Shown: one piece after another, positions 51,812-64,000 of the stretch | How positions within the stretch are numbered: the first letter of the stretch is position 1 | Layout of the letters: each line of letters begins with the position of its first letter | Assembly: GCA_021432655.1 (NCBI GenBank) | Contig: MU271367.1 | Span: 1 to 64,000 of the forward strand | Origin: Atractiella rhizophila | Lineage: Eukaryota | Direction: 5' to 3' | DNA: 64,000 bases | Program-made: the position numbers and the translations under genes | Notes under the pieces: generated by a model | Seen by the model: the letters and a program-made list of their open reading frames with translations, nothing else | Told to the model about the DNA's origin: nothing | Database searches by the model: none

Positions 51812-53000
51812 GGAATGTTTAAGGCGAACAGAATCATTTCCCAAGGAACTGTCGCGTCGGTGTCACATGAAAGAATGAGTAACTCAATCCCGCCTTAGTT
51901 CACGGTGACTGTCAATCTTATCTTCTTTAAGCCCAACTAAGATCCTGCACCTTCCCTGATCAGAGTAAGTGCACAACCTCGAATTACAACGATTGCTCTG
52001 AGTGCGTCTGCCTCCCAACATTTTAATGGCTGAATAAGGTAATAAAACAACATCGAATTCACAGCTCAGTCCATACTGATACATAGGATATACACATTGC
52101 CAGGCTCTTCGATGAGGAAATTAAATGACGATGTATTGAGAAGCACAGCGTGTGTCAACTCATCAGTTGGGTATCCTTTCTTCATATTTCAAAGCAGGGG
52201 TCGGTCTAAGAGTTCTAGGCATTAATACTGTTATTCATGACAGTCAGTGTCTGCGACAAATGTCGAGAAGGCAGAGGGGAAAACCGGCAGGAACGCACTT
52301 TACATATCACGTATAATGCGTGAATTATTCCGGGTAGGTATCCGAGGATTGTTAGGAGAATATTGATCTACAGTATGCCGAGAGTCAGTTCAAAATTGTT
52401 AGAACAAGGAGGAGACAGACCCAGAAATCGGCCAGACATCCTCGCTCGAGAAAAACACCAAGCCTTTAGCATAAATTTTCAATCTATATTTTTACTCGTC
52501 TAGGGATGGTACATACGGAGGTAGTAGAACTAGGATAAGGAGTTAGGACACAGTACATCATACAATGAGGTCAAGCAGAGACTCACTGGCACAAAGGATC
52601 TTGCAGATATCGGAGCAGGTGAAAGGCATCGTAAATTGTCGTTACTTGTGTATAGAGCCGAATGCAGATTGAGTATTTATTGGCGGTGGCAACCTGGTCA
52701 AGGTGCTCTTTTATACGTTGGCTTGCCGCTGCAGTTGGCTGGTAACAATGACGTCGTGTTCCTGACTCAGAATCCGCCGAGATTCGCAGCTCGGATATTA
52801 GACGACAACAAAAAGCTTATCTGTCGGCGTGTGGATGTACCCAATACTCCGCAATCCATCATTATTGGATTGACGTTGGCAGCAAGCCAGCTAGCGGTCA
52901 GGTTGCTCAGGCGAGGTCGGTCAAGGACGTCAAGGTCTCTGGAGACTCTTCCTTCGAAACTTGTCTAATCTAACTTAATTTCGTATATTTGCAGGACGCA

Positions 53001-53204
53001 ATGATGATACCCCTTCTGCTACTCTCATTCGACCTCTTCACATTGGCACTTGCCCAAATATTCGACCCCTCGGCCTCCAGCGTTCTCTTTGCGGCTTGGT
53101 GCAACCCTTATGAAGTCGGCACATCTCCGTCCCCTTCCACTTTCAATCAGGCCATTGGATTGTACTTCTTCCCTCGGAGTCTGAGTCTCTCTCATGGAAG
53201 AGCC
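53001..53204 (+). other. 5' fragment of the GH26 gene (copy 1), cut at the poly-A join
   Basis: MMIPLLLLSFDLFTLALAQIFDPSASSVLFAAW matches the starts at 55867 and 57831. Confidence 0.8.
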
Positions 53205-53205
53205 G

Positions 53206-53237
<32 letters not shown>

Positions 53238-53238
<1 letters not shown>

Positions 53239-54651
53239 AGGCGGATGCATTGCGGAAGCACTTGGAATATGAAGTGGCGCAGTACGGTGACCAACACCTC
53301 ATTAACCTGGTAGACCACAAAGGCCACGAGTTACCCATCAAGTTCAGCTTCGAGAGAGCCATAGAAGTCGCGGGTCATCCCCGTGTCCACTATCGCTATT
53401 TCGACTTCCACACTCATACCAAAGGACTCCGCTTCGATCGAGTGTCGTTATTGCTCGACGAGATAGGCGAGGATCTTATCCAGCAGGGGTCCGTATACCT
53501 CTCTCCCCTCTGCATACTGAGGCACATGTTGACCGTCAACATTTTCTAGATATTTCTTCCGCGACGGAACAGTCGGCTCCTCCTCTCAGAGGACTCAGTC
53601 CTCTGTGTGTCGGACGAACTGCATGGACTGCTTGGATCGGACAAACGTAGTTCAGAGCACCATTGCACGGTGGATGCTGAATCGTCAGTTGAGGGAGATT
53701 GGAGTGCTGAAAGCAAACGAGGTGATCGAGGATCAACCCCAGTTCATGAATTGGTTCAGGAATCGTTCGTTCTTCCCTCCATCTCGGCCAAGAAGGAAAA
53801 CTCATGCTGTTGGTATAAAGTCTGGGCCGACAATGCCGATGTTATCTCGACCACATATTCCGGTACAGGAGCATTGAAAACAGATTTCACAAGGTTTGAA
53901 ATGTTTTATCACTATGGATAACAAAGGTTAAAGAGTCATAGGACGGGCAAACGGACAGTATGGGGAAATATCCAAGACGGAAACAACTCAGTGCAGCGGT
54001 ATTTGAAAAACAACTATTTCGATGGTCCTCGCCAAGTCCGTAGTACCGTTATGCCTGGGTCGAAAAGTAAACTAACTGTTGCACAAGGATGCATTCGACC
54101 TCATCACTGGTAACTGGGTTGCTGGACGGGGACCAGGATGGATGAAGGATAGGCGTCCCATACAAATCCAAATCGTCAGTCACCTACTCATGCATCCTCG
54201 CTTCGGTCGAGCTGATAGATCGCAAAGATGCCCTACATATTCGCTCTCTCGCTCTTTTGCTTTCTTTTTACTTCATCGATACCACCTTTCGTTTACGGTA
54301 TGTCTCATTCGTCAAAAGCTCAAGCCTACACACTTTGACGAGTGTGCTGTCGTAGGAACAATACTTTATATCCCAATCGCTAAAATCTTGTGGCTCATCG
54401 CTGGCATCCTGACATTCCAATTTATATGGGCGAACGGAATCCAATACGTTGCATGGCCGCGTAAGTTTCTTGCTCCCGTGTTTTCGAAAAGACCATTAAG
54501 AGCACACGTTCTAGGTCTCGTGCCTTTGGACTATAACATCGAGTACGACAAGAAGAGACCATTACCGAAACATACGAATGTGATTGCTCAGAAGGGGATA
54601 AGAACTCAGAGCGTGGAGATTGAACTGGGCCACAAACAGAGGGTGGATTGA
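53238..54651 (+). other. SAC1: 5'-truncated duplicate (probably allelic) of SAC1
   Basis: Near-identical to 50404-51811; includes the catalytic motif but lacks the N-terminal half. Confidence 0.9.
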
Positions 54652-55351
54652 GGAATGTTCAAGGCAAACAGAATCGTTTTCCCCAAGGAACTGTCGCGTT
54701 GTTGTCACATGAAGGAATGAGTAACTCAATCTCGCCTTAGTTAACGGTGACGGCCAATCTTATCTTTTTTAAGCCTAACTAATATCCTGCAGCCTTCCTG
54801 ATCAGAGTAAGTGCACGACCTCAAATTACAACGCTTGCTCTGAGTGATCTCCGATGCCTCCCAACATTTTAATGGCTGAATAAGGTAATAAAACAACATC
54901 GAATTTACAGCTCAGTCCATACTGATACATAGGATATACACATTGCCAGGCTCTTAGATGAGGAATTAAATGACTGATGTACTTGGCGAAGGCTCGAGAG
55001 GCACGGCGTGTGTCAACTCGTCAGTTGGGTATCCTTTCTTCATATTTCAAAGTAGGAGGTCGGTCTCAGAGTTCTAGGCATTAATACTGTGATTCAGGAC
55101 GGTCAGTGTCTGCGACAAATGTCGAGAAGGCAGAGGGGAAACCGGCAGAAACGCACTTTACATATCACGTATAATGCGTGAATTATGCCGGGTAGGTATC
55201 CGAGGATTGTTAAGAGAATATTGATCTACAGTATGCCGAGAGTCAGTCCAAAATTGTTAGAACAAGGAGGAGGAGGAGACAGACCCAGAAATCGGCCAGA
55301 CATCCCCGCTCGAGGAAGACACCAAGCCTTTAACATAAATTTCAATCCACA

Positions 55352-58300
55352 TTATTACTCGTCTAGGGATGGTACATACGGAGGTAGTAGAACTAGGATA
55401 AGGAGTTAGGACACAGTACATCATACAATGAGGTCAAGCAGAGACTCACTGGCACAAAGGATCTTGCAGATATCGGAGCAGGTGAAAGGCATCGTAAATT
55501 GTCGTTATTTGCGGGTTGGAGTTTAATATATATTGTAGTATTTATTGGCAGTGGCAACCTGGCAGAGGTGCCCTTTTATACGTTGGCTTGCCGCTGCAGT
55601 TAGCTGGTAACAATGACGTCGTGTTTCTGACTCAGAATCCGCCAAGATTCGCAGCTCGGATATTAGACGACGACAAAAGCTTATCTGTCGGCGTTTGGAT
55701 GTACCCAATACTCCACAATCCATCATTATTGGATTGACGTTGGCAGCACGCCAGCTAAGTGGTCAGGCTGCTCAGGCGAGGTCGGTCAAGGACATCAAGG
55801 TCTTGCGAGACTCTTCCTCGAAACTTGTCTGCAACTTAATCTAATTTCGCAGATTTGCAGAACGCAATGATGATACCCCTTCTGCCTCTCTCCATCGGCC
55901 TCTTCACAGTGGCACTTGCCCAAATATTCGACCCCTCGGCCTCCAGCGTTCTCTTTGCGGCTTGGTGCAACCCTTATGAAGTCGGCACTTCTCCGTCTCC
56001 TGCCACTTTCAATCAGGCCATTGGATTGTACTTCTTCCCTCGGAGTCTGAGACTCTCTCATGGAAAAGCCGTGCTGATGGCAGTTGTGCGGTGGAAGGAA
56101 CACTCCTATATTCCTCATGTCCCAAAGCATCCCTTTGGACACGGTAGACCCCACGACAGGAATCGGAGGAGCCATTCGGAGTGATTTGATCGAAGCTACT
56201 CAAACCGACGCTGTAGGTCCGTTCTGCCTTCTCTGCACAATTAGCTGAATATGAGGACGCGTGGAAGGCGATATATCTCACAGTGTACCCGAACAAAGGA
56301 TTTGAAGCAGTCACAGACACAGATATCAGTCAACTGACACAACAAATTGCTTCTTGTGCGTCTCCTTACCTTTCAATCCGACACACTCTGTGCTGAGATT
56401 CGCTCTCGAGTAGGGAAAGCCCCAGTAAATAGAACAGTCCTCCTCCGATACGCACCGGAGATGCAGGGCAACTGGTTCACTTACGGTTTGCAACCTACGG
56501 CCTTCGTCCAGAGCTGGCGAAGGGTATACACTGCCGTCAAAGCGGTAGTCCCGGACGTGGTTCGTCTCTCATTCAACTATCATGGCTTTTTTCATCTTCC
56601 CCTCCCTTTATGACCACTATTGATGGTTTTTGTTTTCTTCATTCACTCTTTACGATGGACAGTTCTTCGTCTGGGGCCCAAACACCCCGCAAGGCTATCC
56701 GTGGGGTCAAGGTTTCCCCTCTGGCGCAAATGCTGCAGCGGACCGAGTGCTTTTAGACACGAATAATGATGGAACCTTAGACAGCTCGGATGACCCTTTC
56801 AGTCCTTTCTATCCTGGTGAGGAGTACGTGGACATCGCAGGACTCTCTATCTAGTGCGCTTTGTCCCTGCTTTCAAGCAGTCGCACTGTCATTGATTGTC
56901 GTCAACGTAGTTTCAAAGGCCCCTCTCAACGTGTTGTGAACGAGGTACAGCAGACCGGATATTGTGCGAAAGTCTTTGAGGGCATCCATCCGGATAGCAA
57001 CCAGCCCATGACCGGCATGCTTCCCTCTCATTTTCCTAGGTCCAGGTCATGCTTGCTAAGGTGAGAGGACAGGGAAGTTCTATGCCACCTATTGCGAAGG
57101 GGCTGGCAAAGTCTGTATGGTATGTCTACCATATCGCTCTTTTTTTGCCGGTTCGTTCCTGATCCTTGGCATAGATGTGAGCGACTCCTCGACTTCGACT
57201 GAGCGCAGAGATTGACAAGCAAAATTTTAGCACGGAATCTGCTGGCGCGTACCGTCCCAATGTCGTCGGAGGGGATAGCAATTTGGCCATCAAAAGTGCC
57301 TGGTGCGTATTCTCCTTTATTACTCGTCTAGGGATGGTACATACGGAGGTAGTAGAACTAGGATAAGGAGTTAGGACACAGTACATCATACAATGAGGTC
57401 AAGCAGAGACTCACTGGCACAAAGGATCTTGCAGATATCGGAGCAGGTGAAAGGCATCGTAAATTGTCGTTATTTGCGGGTTGGAGTTTAATATATATTG
57501 TAGTATTTATTGGCAGTGGCAACCTGGCAGAGGTGCCCTTTTATACGTTGGCTTGCCGCTGCAGTTAGCTGGTAACAATGACGTCGTGTTTCTGACTCAG
57601 AATCCGCCAAGATTCGCAGCTCGGATATTAGACGACGACAAAAGCTTATCTGTCGGCGTTTGGATGTACCCAATACTCCACAATCCATCATTATTGGATT
57701 GACGTTGGCAGCAAGCCAGCTAGCGGTCAGGTTGCTCAGGCGAGGTCGGTCAAGGACATCAAGGTCTTGCGAGACTCTTCCTCGAAACTTGTCTGCAACT
57801 TAATCTAATTTCGCAGATTTGCAGAACGCAATGATGATACCCCTTCTGCCTCTCTCCATCGGCCTCTTCACAGTGGCACTTGCCCAAATATTCGACCCCT
57901 CGGCCTCCAGCGTTCTCTTTGCGGCTTGGTGCAACCCTTATGAAGTCGGCACTTCTCCGTCTCCTGCCACTTTCAATCAGGCCATTGGATTGTACTTCTT
58001 CCCTCGGAGTCTGAGACTCTCTCATGGAAAAGCCGTGCTGATGGCAGTTGTGCGGTGGAAGGAACACTCCTATATTCCTCATGTCCCAAAGCATCCCTTT
58101 GGACACGGTAGACCCCACGACAGGAATCGGAGGAGCCATTCGGAGTGATTTGATCGAAGCTACTCAAACCGACGCTGTAGGTCCGTTCTGCCTTCTCTGC
58201 ACAATTAGCTGAATATGAGGACGCGTGGAAGGCGATATATCTCACAGTATACCCGAACAAAGGATTTGAAGCAGTCACAGACACAGATATCAGTCAACTG

Positions 58301-59283
58301 ACACAACAAATTGCTTCTTGTGCGTCTCCTTATCTTTCAATCCGATACACTCTGTGCTGAGATTCGCTCTCGAGTAGGGAAAGCCCCAGTAAATAGAACA
58401 GTCCTCCTCCGATACGCACCGGAGATGCAGGGCAACTGGTTCACTTACGGTTTGCAACCTACGGCCTTCGTCCAGAGCTGGCGAAGGGTATACACTGCCG
58501 TCAAAGCGGTAGTCCCGGACGTGGTTCGTCTCTCATTCAACTATCATGGCTTTTTTCATCTTCCCCTCCCTTTATGACCACTATTGATGGTTTTTGTTTT
58601 CTTCATTCACTCTTTACGATGGACAGTTCTTCGTCTGGGGCCCAAACACCCCGCAAGGCTATCCGTGGGGTCAAGGTTTCCCCTCTGGCGCAAATGCTGC
58701 AGCGGACCGAGTGCTTTTAGACACGAATAATGATGGAACCTTAGACAGCTCGGATGACCCTTTCAGTCCTTTCTATCCTGGTGAGGAGTACGTGGACATC
58801 GCAGGACTCTCTATCTAGTGCGCTTTGTCCCTGCTTTCAAGCAGTCGCACTGTCATTGATTGTCGTCAACGTAGTTTCAAAGGCCCCTCTCAACGTGTTG
58901 TGAACGAGGTACAGCAGACCGGATATTGTGCGAAAGTCTTTGAGGGCATCCATCCTGATAGCAACCAGCCCATGACCGGCATGCTTCCCTCTCATTTTCC
59001 TAGGTCCGGGTCATGCTTGCTAAGGTGAGAGGACAGGGAAGTTCTATGCCACCTATTGCGAAGGGGCTGGCAAAGTCTGTATGGTATGTCTACCATATCG
59101 CTCTTTTTTTGCCGGTTCGTTCCTGATCCTTGGCATAGATGTGAGCGACTCCTCGACTTCGACTGAGCGCAGAGATTGACAAGCAAAATTTTAGCACGGA
59201 ATCTGCTGGCGCGTACCGTCCCAATGTCGTCGGAGGGGATAGCAATTTGGCCATCAAAAGTGCCTGGTGCGTATTCTCCTTTC
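55352..59283. repeat. Tandem duplication 3 (~1965-bp unit: GH26 upstream region + most of the gene), no poly-A at the join
   Basis: 55352-57316 repeats from 57317 to ~59282 with only a handful of substitutions. Confidence 0.95.
55867..57316 (+). other. 3'-truncated GH26 gene (copy 2)
   Basis: Same exons as 57831 onward but ends in an intron at the duplication join; lacks the last catalytic-domain exons, the S/T linker and the hydrophobic tail. Confidence 0.8.
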
Positions 59284-59910
59284 CTCTATTTTACTCCCGG
59301 ATGCCTGACCGTGCTTCGGTGAGCTGATGCCGTGCCTGTGAATTGCAGGATTGACGACTGCATCCTGAATACCACTTTCCTCGATACTCATCCGAATATC
59401 AAGATCATCACTCAGTTCGAATTCGAGAAAATAGAGAACTCGCTGGACAATACTGACGATTTGAGGGATTTCCGGTAAGACTCACCATTCTAGCTTTGGT
59501 CCTCTCCGTCTCTCCAGTATATATATGCTGTGGCATGAGGTTGTTGACACAGCCTATGAATTGTTGCTGAGAGTACCTTTTGGCGACAGTGTCGGCAACG
59601 ACTCTCAAGTCGCACAATACCTACACAACGGATTCATTGCACAGGGGAATAGGTGGAAATGGTATTCTTCTTCCCTTCCCGCATAGTCCCCTCACTGAGG
59701 GCAAACCGTAGGGCAACACCTCTTTCCGAGCTCACAACCTCAAGCTCAACTTCGACGACTCCCACATCGTCATCTTCAACTGACACCGCTACCATTCCCC
59801 CTACTTCGACCACAGCTCCTCCCCAGCACGGTGACAACAGTGGCGCTCATAGAGCGCACTTCCAATGGTCTCTCGTTTTCCTCTTGGGTTTGTTGGCACG
59901 TTTACTGTAG
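57831..59910 (+). CDS. Secreted, probably GPI-anchored glycoside hydrolase family 26 protein (complete copy)
   Basis: Signal peptide; LLRYAPEMQGNWFTYG (acid/base Glu region), WGPN, DDPFSPFYPGEEYVDIAGLSIY, ESAG; S/T-rich stalk and NSGA..hydrophobic C-terminus. Confidence 0.85.
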
Positions 59911-60294
59911 CGCTTGATCAAATGATATTTATTTGTGGACGATTCGTCTTGTTCACGCCATCTTGGCTTGAGTTTAGTTGTCTGCTGTACAGAACTTGAA
60001 GCGTTGTTGATGCTCAATAACGTTCAATGGTGATGCCACTCCTGATTCGGTCGCTGCTTGCGATTTCTTCCAACCAATTACAATAATCGCATAAGTAGCC
60101 CATAGCAAAAGTTGGTGTGGTTGACATAAGGAATAACATTCCTGGAGATGGCTATGTGTATCGAGAAAGTAAAAGTCCTTCCCATCGAACGATACAGATA
60201 GTTGGCACAAGAGAGTAGAGAACGATGATAAGTAGGCTATTCCCTCATTGCAAGATTGCGCAAGATATCGAAGAGGCAGCGACTTTTAACTGGA

Positions 60295-62097
60295 TCACGG
60301 CTCCCAGGGGCTCGTTGTGAATCCACCTGACAAGATTTCATACCCGTCCTTCGTCTTGAGAATCGTGTCCTCCAGTCTTACGCCAATGGATCCCTACAAA
60401 CAATGTTAGGATAGCGTCAATGGATTAAAGCAAAGAAACCACTTCAATGTATATTCCTGGCTCATCACTGAAGGTCTCGCCGGGAAGGAGGCGTAAGTCC
60501 TTGTTCGCCGCGGTGAGGTAAGGTGCCTCGTGCACCTCCAAGCCAATACCTGCAATTGACTTGAGTTGTAATCAGGCTCGAATAGCAACTAAGCCTACCG
60601 TGTCCCACCCTATGCGTAAAATAGTGTCCTAATCCTTTGTCCTCGATTACTTCCCTTGCGGCTCCATCCACATCGGCTGCTTTCACTCCCTTCGTCTCTA
60701 ATGCATCGACCGCCTTCTGTTGAGCCTTCTGGACGAGTTTCCAGACCTTTTCGTGCTCTGGAGAGGGCCACTTTCCAACGGGGACAGAGGGAGGTAGAAC
60801 GGTGCGAGTAAGGTCGGAATAGTAACCGTGCAGGGGACCTCCGACATCAAACAGAACGAATTCGCCTTCCTCGAGCCTCTTTGTCCCAGCGGAGGCGTGT
60901 GGGAGGGCAGCATTTTCTATCCATGAAAATTGTTTCGAAAATATGCAAAATGATAGGCAAATGCACGTACCGCCAAAGAGGACAATAGTGTCTTGTTCCG
61001 GGAATCCAGCAGCGCGAAGGGCAGAAATGATGAGCGCTTCCGCCTCGAGCTCAATCATCCCAACCCTCAACAATTTCCGAACCTCTTGGACCGCAGCACG
61101 TGTAGCCTGCACACGCAAAACTCAAAGCTGGATTGGGGGAGAAGCGCGAAGGCGTACCCTTTCCGCGCAACGGAGCAGCTCAAGTTCTGCCGGACTCTTA
61201 CGCATGCGCTGTTCGCGCACTTCTTGGGCCACAAACCTGACGGCAATTGATAGATCGTCTTCTTGGCCGGAAGATTTGGAGGCTGCTTGCTCCAAGCCGT
61301 TCACGACGAAATTCCTGACATTTTCATCCGGTTGAAGTACGATTTCGATATCCTAGGAGCGAACTTGGGATGAATCGCAGGGGAGACAACATTGGGAAGC
61401 AAACTAACCTTATTTCGAGAATGCTTCTTCGCCGTAGAGACGAGCCAGTCAATGAGAACATCGAAAGATAGCTCCTCATCCTTCCAAGGTACAAACGTAA
61501 TACTTTCGCCCTCCCCAACAGCCCATGGCAGCCTCCTCGCCCTCGACTCTTCGAAAGCAGGGGAAAGAACAACCAATTGGGATTTGCTCTCGTCCTCGAA
61601 GGAAGGGAGGACCAACGAGAGGAAGGGACGTTCGCTTAGGAACCATGATGAGGAGGTAATATTGAAATAATACAGGGTATTAGGAGATGGTTCGGTGACA
61701 TATACGGGAAGTCTGTAGTTCTTCTGAGCTGAGTCAACCGAAGAAGACGAACCGAAAGAAGTGCGCTGTAAAATAGAAATAAGACCGTTGCGACGAGCGA
61801 CAAATTCGGAGAGAGATATGGGTTTCTGAGACGCGCAAATACTGGAAAGGTGCGAGAAGTCTGGCGTTACGATGGAATCGCTAGCTCTGGGCAAGAATCG
61901 ATCAAACACTGTCCAATCTATGAGTATATTGTTACGGATGCGATGTAAGAGGGGTCACCTGTTGACAGAGAGTAAAAACCGAGCAGAGCGATGAAGGCCG
62001 CCTTCAAGAAGGCTACAGCTCGTGAGCTCTTGCCTGCTTGAACCCGCCCTTCGTCGCTGGGATATCGCGGATCGGTGTAGACAGGCAGTACACCCAT
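60295..62097 (-). CDS. Xaa-Pro aminopeptidase/dipeptidase (M24B, creatinase fold) with N-terminal hydrophobic anchor
   Basis: WFLSERPF, RMRKSPAELELLRCA, LFGENAALPH, VLFDVGG..GYYSDLTRT, FTHRVGHGIGLEVHEAPY, EPGIY, GVRLED, SPWEP*. Confidence 0.92.
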
Positions 62098-62292
62098 TGT
62101 CTCAGATGTCTAAGATGTAGTCTAAGCCAGAGCCAGGCAGAACCCTCACCGTCGTCTGTCTTATGTCTCATGTTTATCAAACTGATTTGAAATACGAACA
62201 AGGAAAACGGCATTCGGACCGCCAGTAATCTGACAAGTCAACCAGCAACCTAGGAGACTCCCCAGATCTAGTGGATCAGCAATTGTGCCAAC

Positions 62293-63586
62293 ATGCCTAT
62301 CAGCTCCACACCGTACACAGTCAAGCTTGAGCTTACAGGCACGAAATCATCAGTCGAAGTCGCGTTCTTAGGCGCGACTGTGGTATCTTGGAAAGTCGAG
62401 ACTTCTCAGGGGGAGCTGGAGGAGAAGCTGTTTGTGAGCAGTAAAAGTAGCGTGTAAGTACTTTTCATGCAGTCAACTGGGATCTATGCTTGTTGAGAGG
62501 AAATCTTTGAGCAAGAAAGAGCTGATTCCCACTCAGAACAGGACCAAAGGCGATTCGTGGAGGTGAGCCTTTCTTGCACGCCCACGTCGTGGCCTCTGAT
62601 CAAAATCGAAACCGAAGGAATCCCAATCTGCTGGTGAGCGCACATCCTTGTATTTGCTCGAATGCGCTAAGTCTCATTTGTCAGGCCGGTATTCGGTCCT
62701 CCTCCCAAGCCTGAACAGGATTCGGAAGGAGTCTACCAAAAACTTGCTCAACATGGCCTAGCAAGAACTGAAGTCTGGTCTCTGGACAAGGAAAAGAGTT
62801 GGGAGAACCCACAGGATGGACGTTTGGTCTTTAGTTCGTCTTGCTTCCCTCTACTGATCTGATGGTGAATTGATCGCTTTTCTACAGCTTTACAACCATC
62901 CGATGCCGCGAAAGCACTCTTCGACCGTCCTTTCACTCTCACATACACTATTGATCTCTCTTCTTCATCCTTGACCACCAAGCTCCACGTCCTCAATCCT
63001 TCAGCTTCCTCCAATCCTCTTAAATTTCAAGCACTCCTGCACACCTACATATCCGTTCCTTCTCCTTTCAAAACCACAGTTGAATTCACTCCTCAGACCA
63101 AAGGTTTGACTTTGTTTGACAAAGCAGCTGGTGGAGTAGAGGGTAAGGAAGATAGGGAGAAAGTAAGCTTCGACGAAGGAGTGGAGGTAGATAGAGTGTA
63201 CAGAAAGGTGGAAGGAGGAGATATATTTGTCAGGTGGGAACAGCAGGAGGGCTTCCAATCCAAAGGACTCAAAGTAACGAAGAATGGGCTTGCAGATGTG
63301 TACGTCTTCTTGCATGAAGCCCACTCGTCGTGCTCTGATGAATTTGGATTCAATGAAATAGGACCGTCTGGAACCCTTCGACCAAAGTGGGGTCCGCCAT
63401 CGCAGACATGGAAGCGAATGGATGGTATGATCACTTTTTCCAATTCTTCAAGAGACAATTCTGATTGAGACTCGGATGGATAGGTTGCACTACATCTGCG
63501 TGGAACCGGGCCAGGTTTCCGACTGGGTGTCCCTCACGCCTGGCCAGAGCTGGGAAGGGACGCAAACGCTCACTGTCCTTAACTAG
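62293..63586 (+). CDS. Glucose-6-phosphate 1-epimerase (aldose-1-epimerase/mutarotase family)
   Basis: GATVVSWK..LFVSSKS..KAIRGGIPICWPVFG..QHGLART, FQALLHTY, EVDRVY, WNP, YICVEPG. Confidence 0.92.
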
Positions 63587-64000
63587 CCGGATTGAAAGTG
63601 GGATGGCCATGTGGGCATTCAAGGCATCGAATAATCAACCAGTGAGACCAAGTTAAGTATAAGTTGCGGAGGCAGGGTTGTAATCTGTAGCCTTATGAAG
63701 CAAAGAAACAGAAAAATGTCAACAATTGTGTGTCATTTATTGTGGACGGGGAGAGCAGCTGAGGTGAACTTCCATGTGATAGCAGTGATTTTCCTAAGTG
63801 GTAAAGACTTAACTGGTAAAATACAGTTGGATACACAAGGTTTGATGCACAAGTAGTGATCATAGGGGATCAGGGTATTCTTTGAATCGAACTGTAACAA
63901 ACCCAAAAGACTGAATAGGTCTAGACTAGCACCTAGCTAGTATTCTCGGTATTCTCCCACCAAGCCTTCTTTTTCCTCTCTTCCACCTCCTCCCTCACCC

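Larger units (their letters stand above)
50404..56071. repeat. Tandem duplication 2 (~2.83-kb unit: SAC1 3' half + intergenic + GH26 5' end) joined by a poly-A run at ~53205-53237
   Basis: ~50404-53204 repeats at ~53238-56071; coding parts nearly identical, intergenic part more diverged with indels. Confidence 0.95.

Noticed and set aside
52989..53549. Novel secreted poly-lysine/Sac1 fusion protein
   Set aside because: Created by the poly-A join of duplication 2; most likely an assembly artefact.

Overview
This window is eukaryotic: intron-rich fungal DNA, probably basidiomycete and possibly Pucciniomycotina-like (inferred from intron style and gene content, not proven). Housekeeping genes in order: 5' end of an FG-nucleoporin, POP5, TFC4, SEC27 (COPI beta'), NoxA NADPH oxidase, RSP5, OPI1, YIP1, eIF3m, ERG6, eIF3f, SAC1, a GPI-type GH26 hydrolase, an M24 Xaa-Pro peptidase and a glucose-6-phosphate 1-epimerase. 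Between noxA and RSP5 (~15.3-30.9 kb) is an accessory island. It holds an APH-like kinase, a decayed Mutator (MULE) transposon carrying a Ulp1-like protease domain, a cluster of direct and inverted CTGGATTCCCCAATCG motifs, and two copies of a decaying orphan gene family. From 44.6 to 59.3 kb there are three 2-2.8 kb tandem duplications. Two have poly-A joins and synonymous coding differences, so they look like the two haplotypes of a dikaryon placed in tandem by the assembler. The third may be real. A garbled, homopolymer-inflated tract interrupts TFC4. I found no rRNA, tRNA or CRISPR features, and no clearly new biological system; the best leads are in the accessory island. Multi-exon gene boundaries were read by eye and are approximate.
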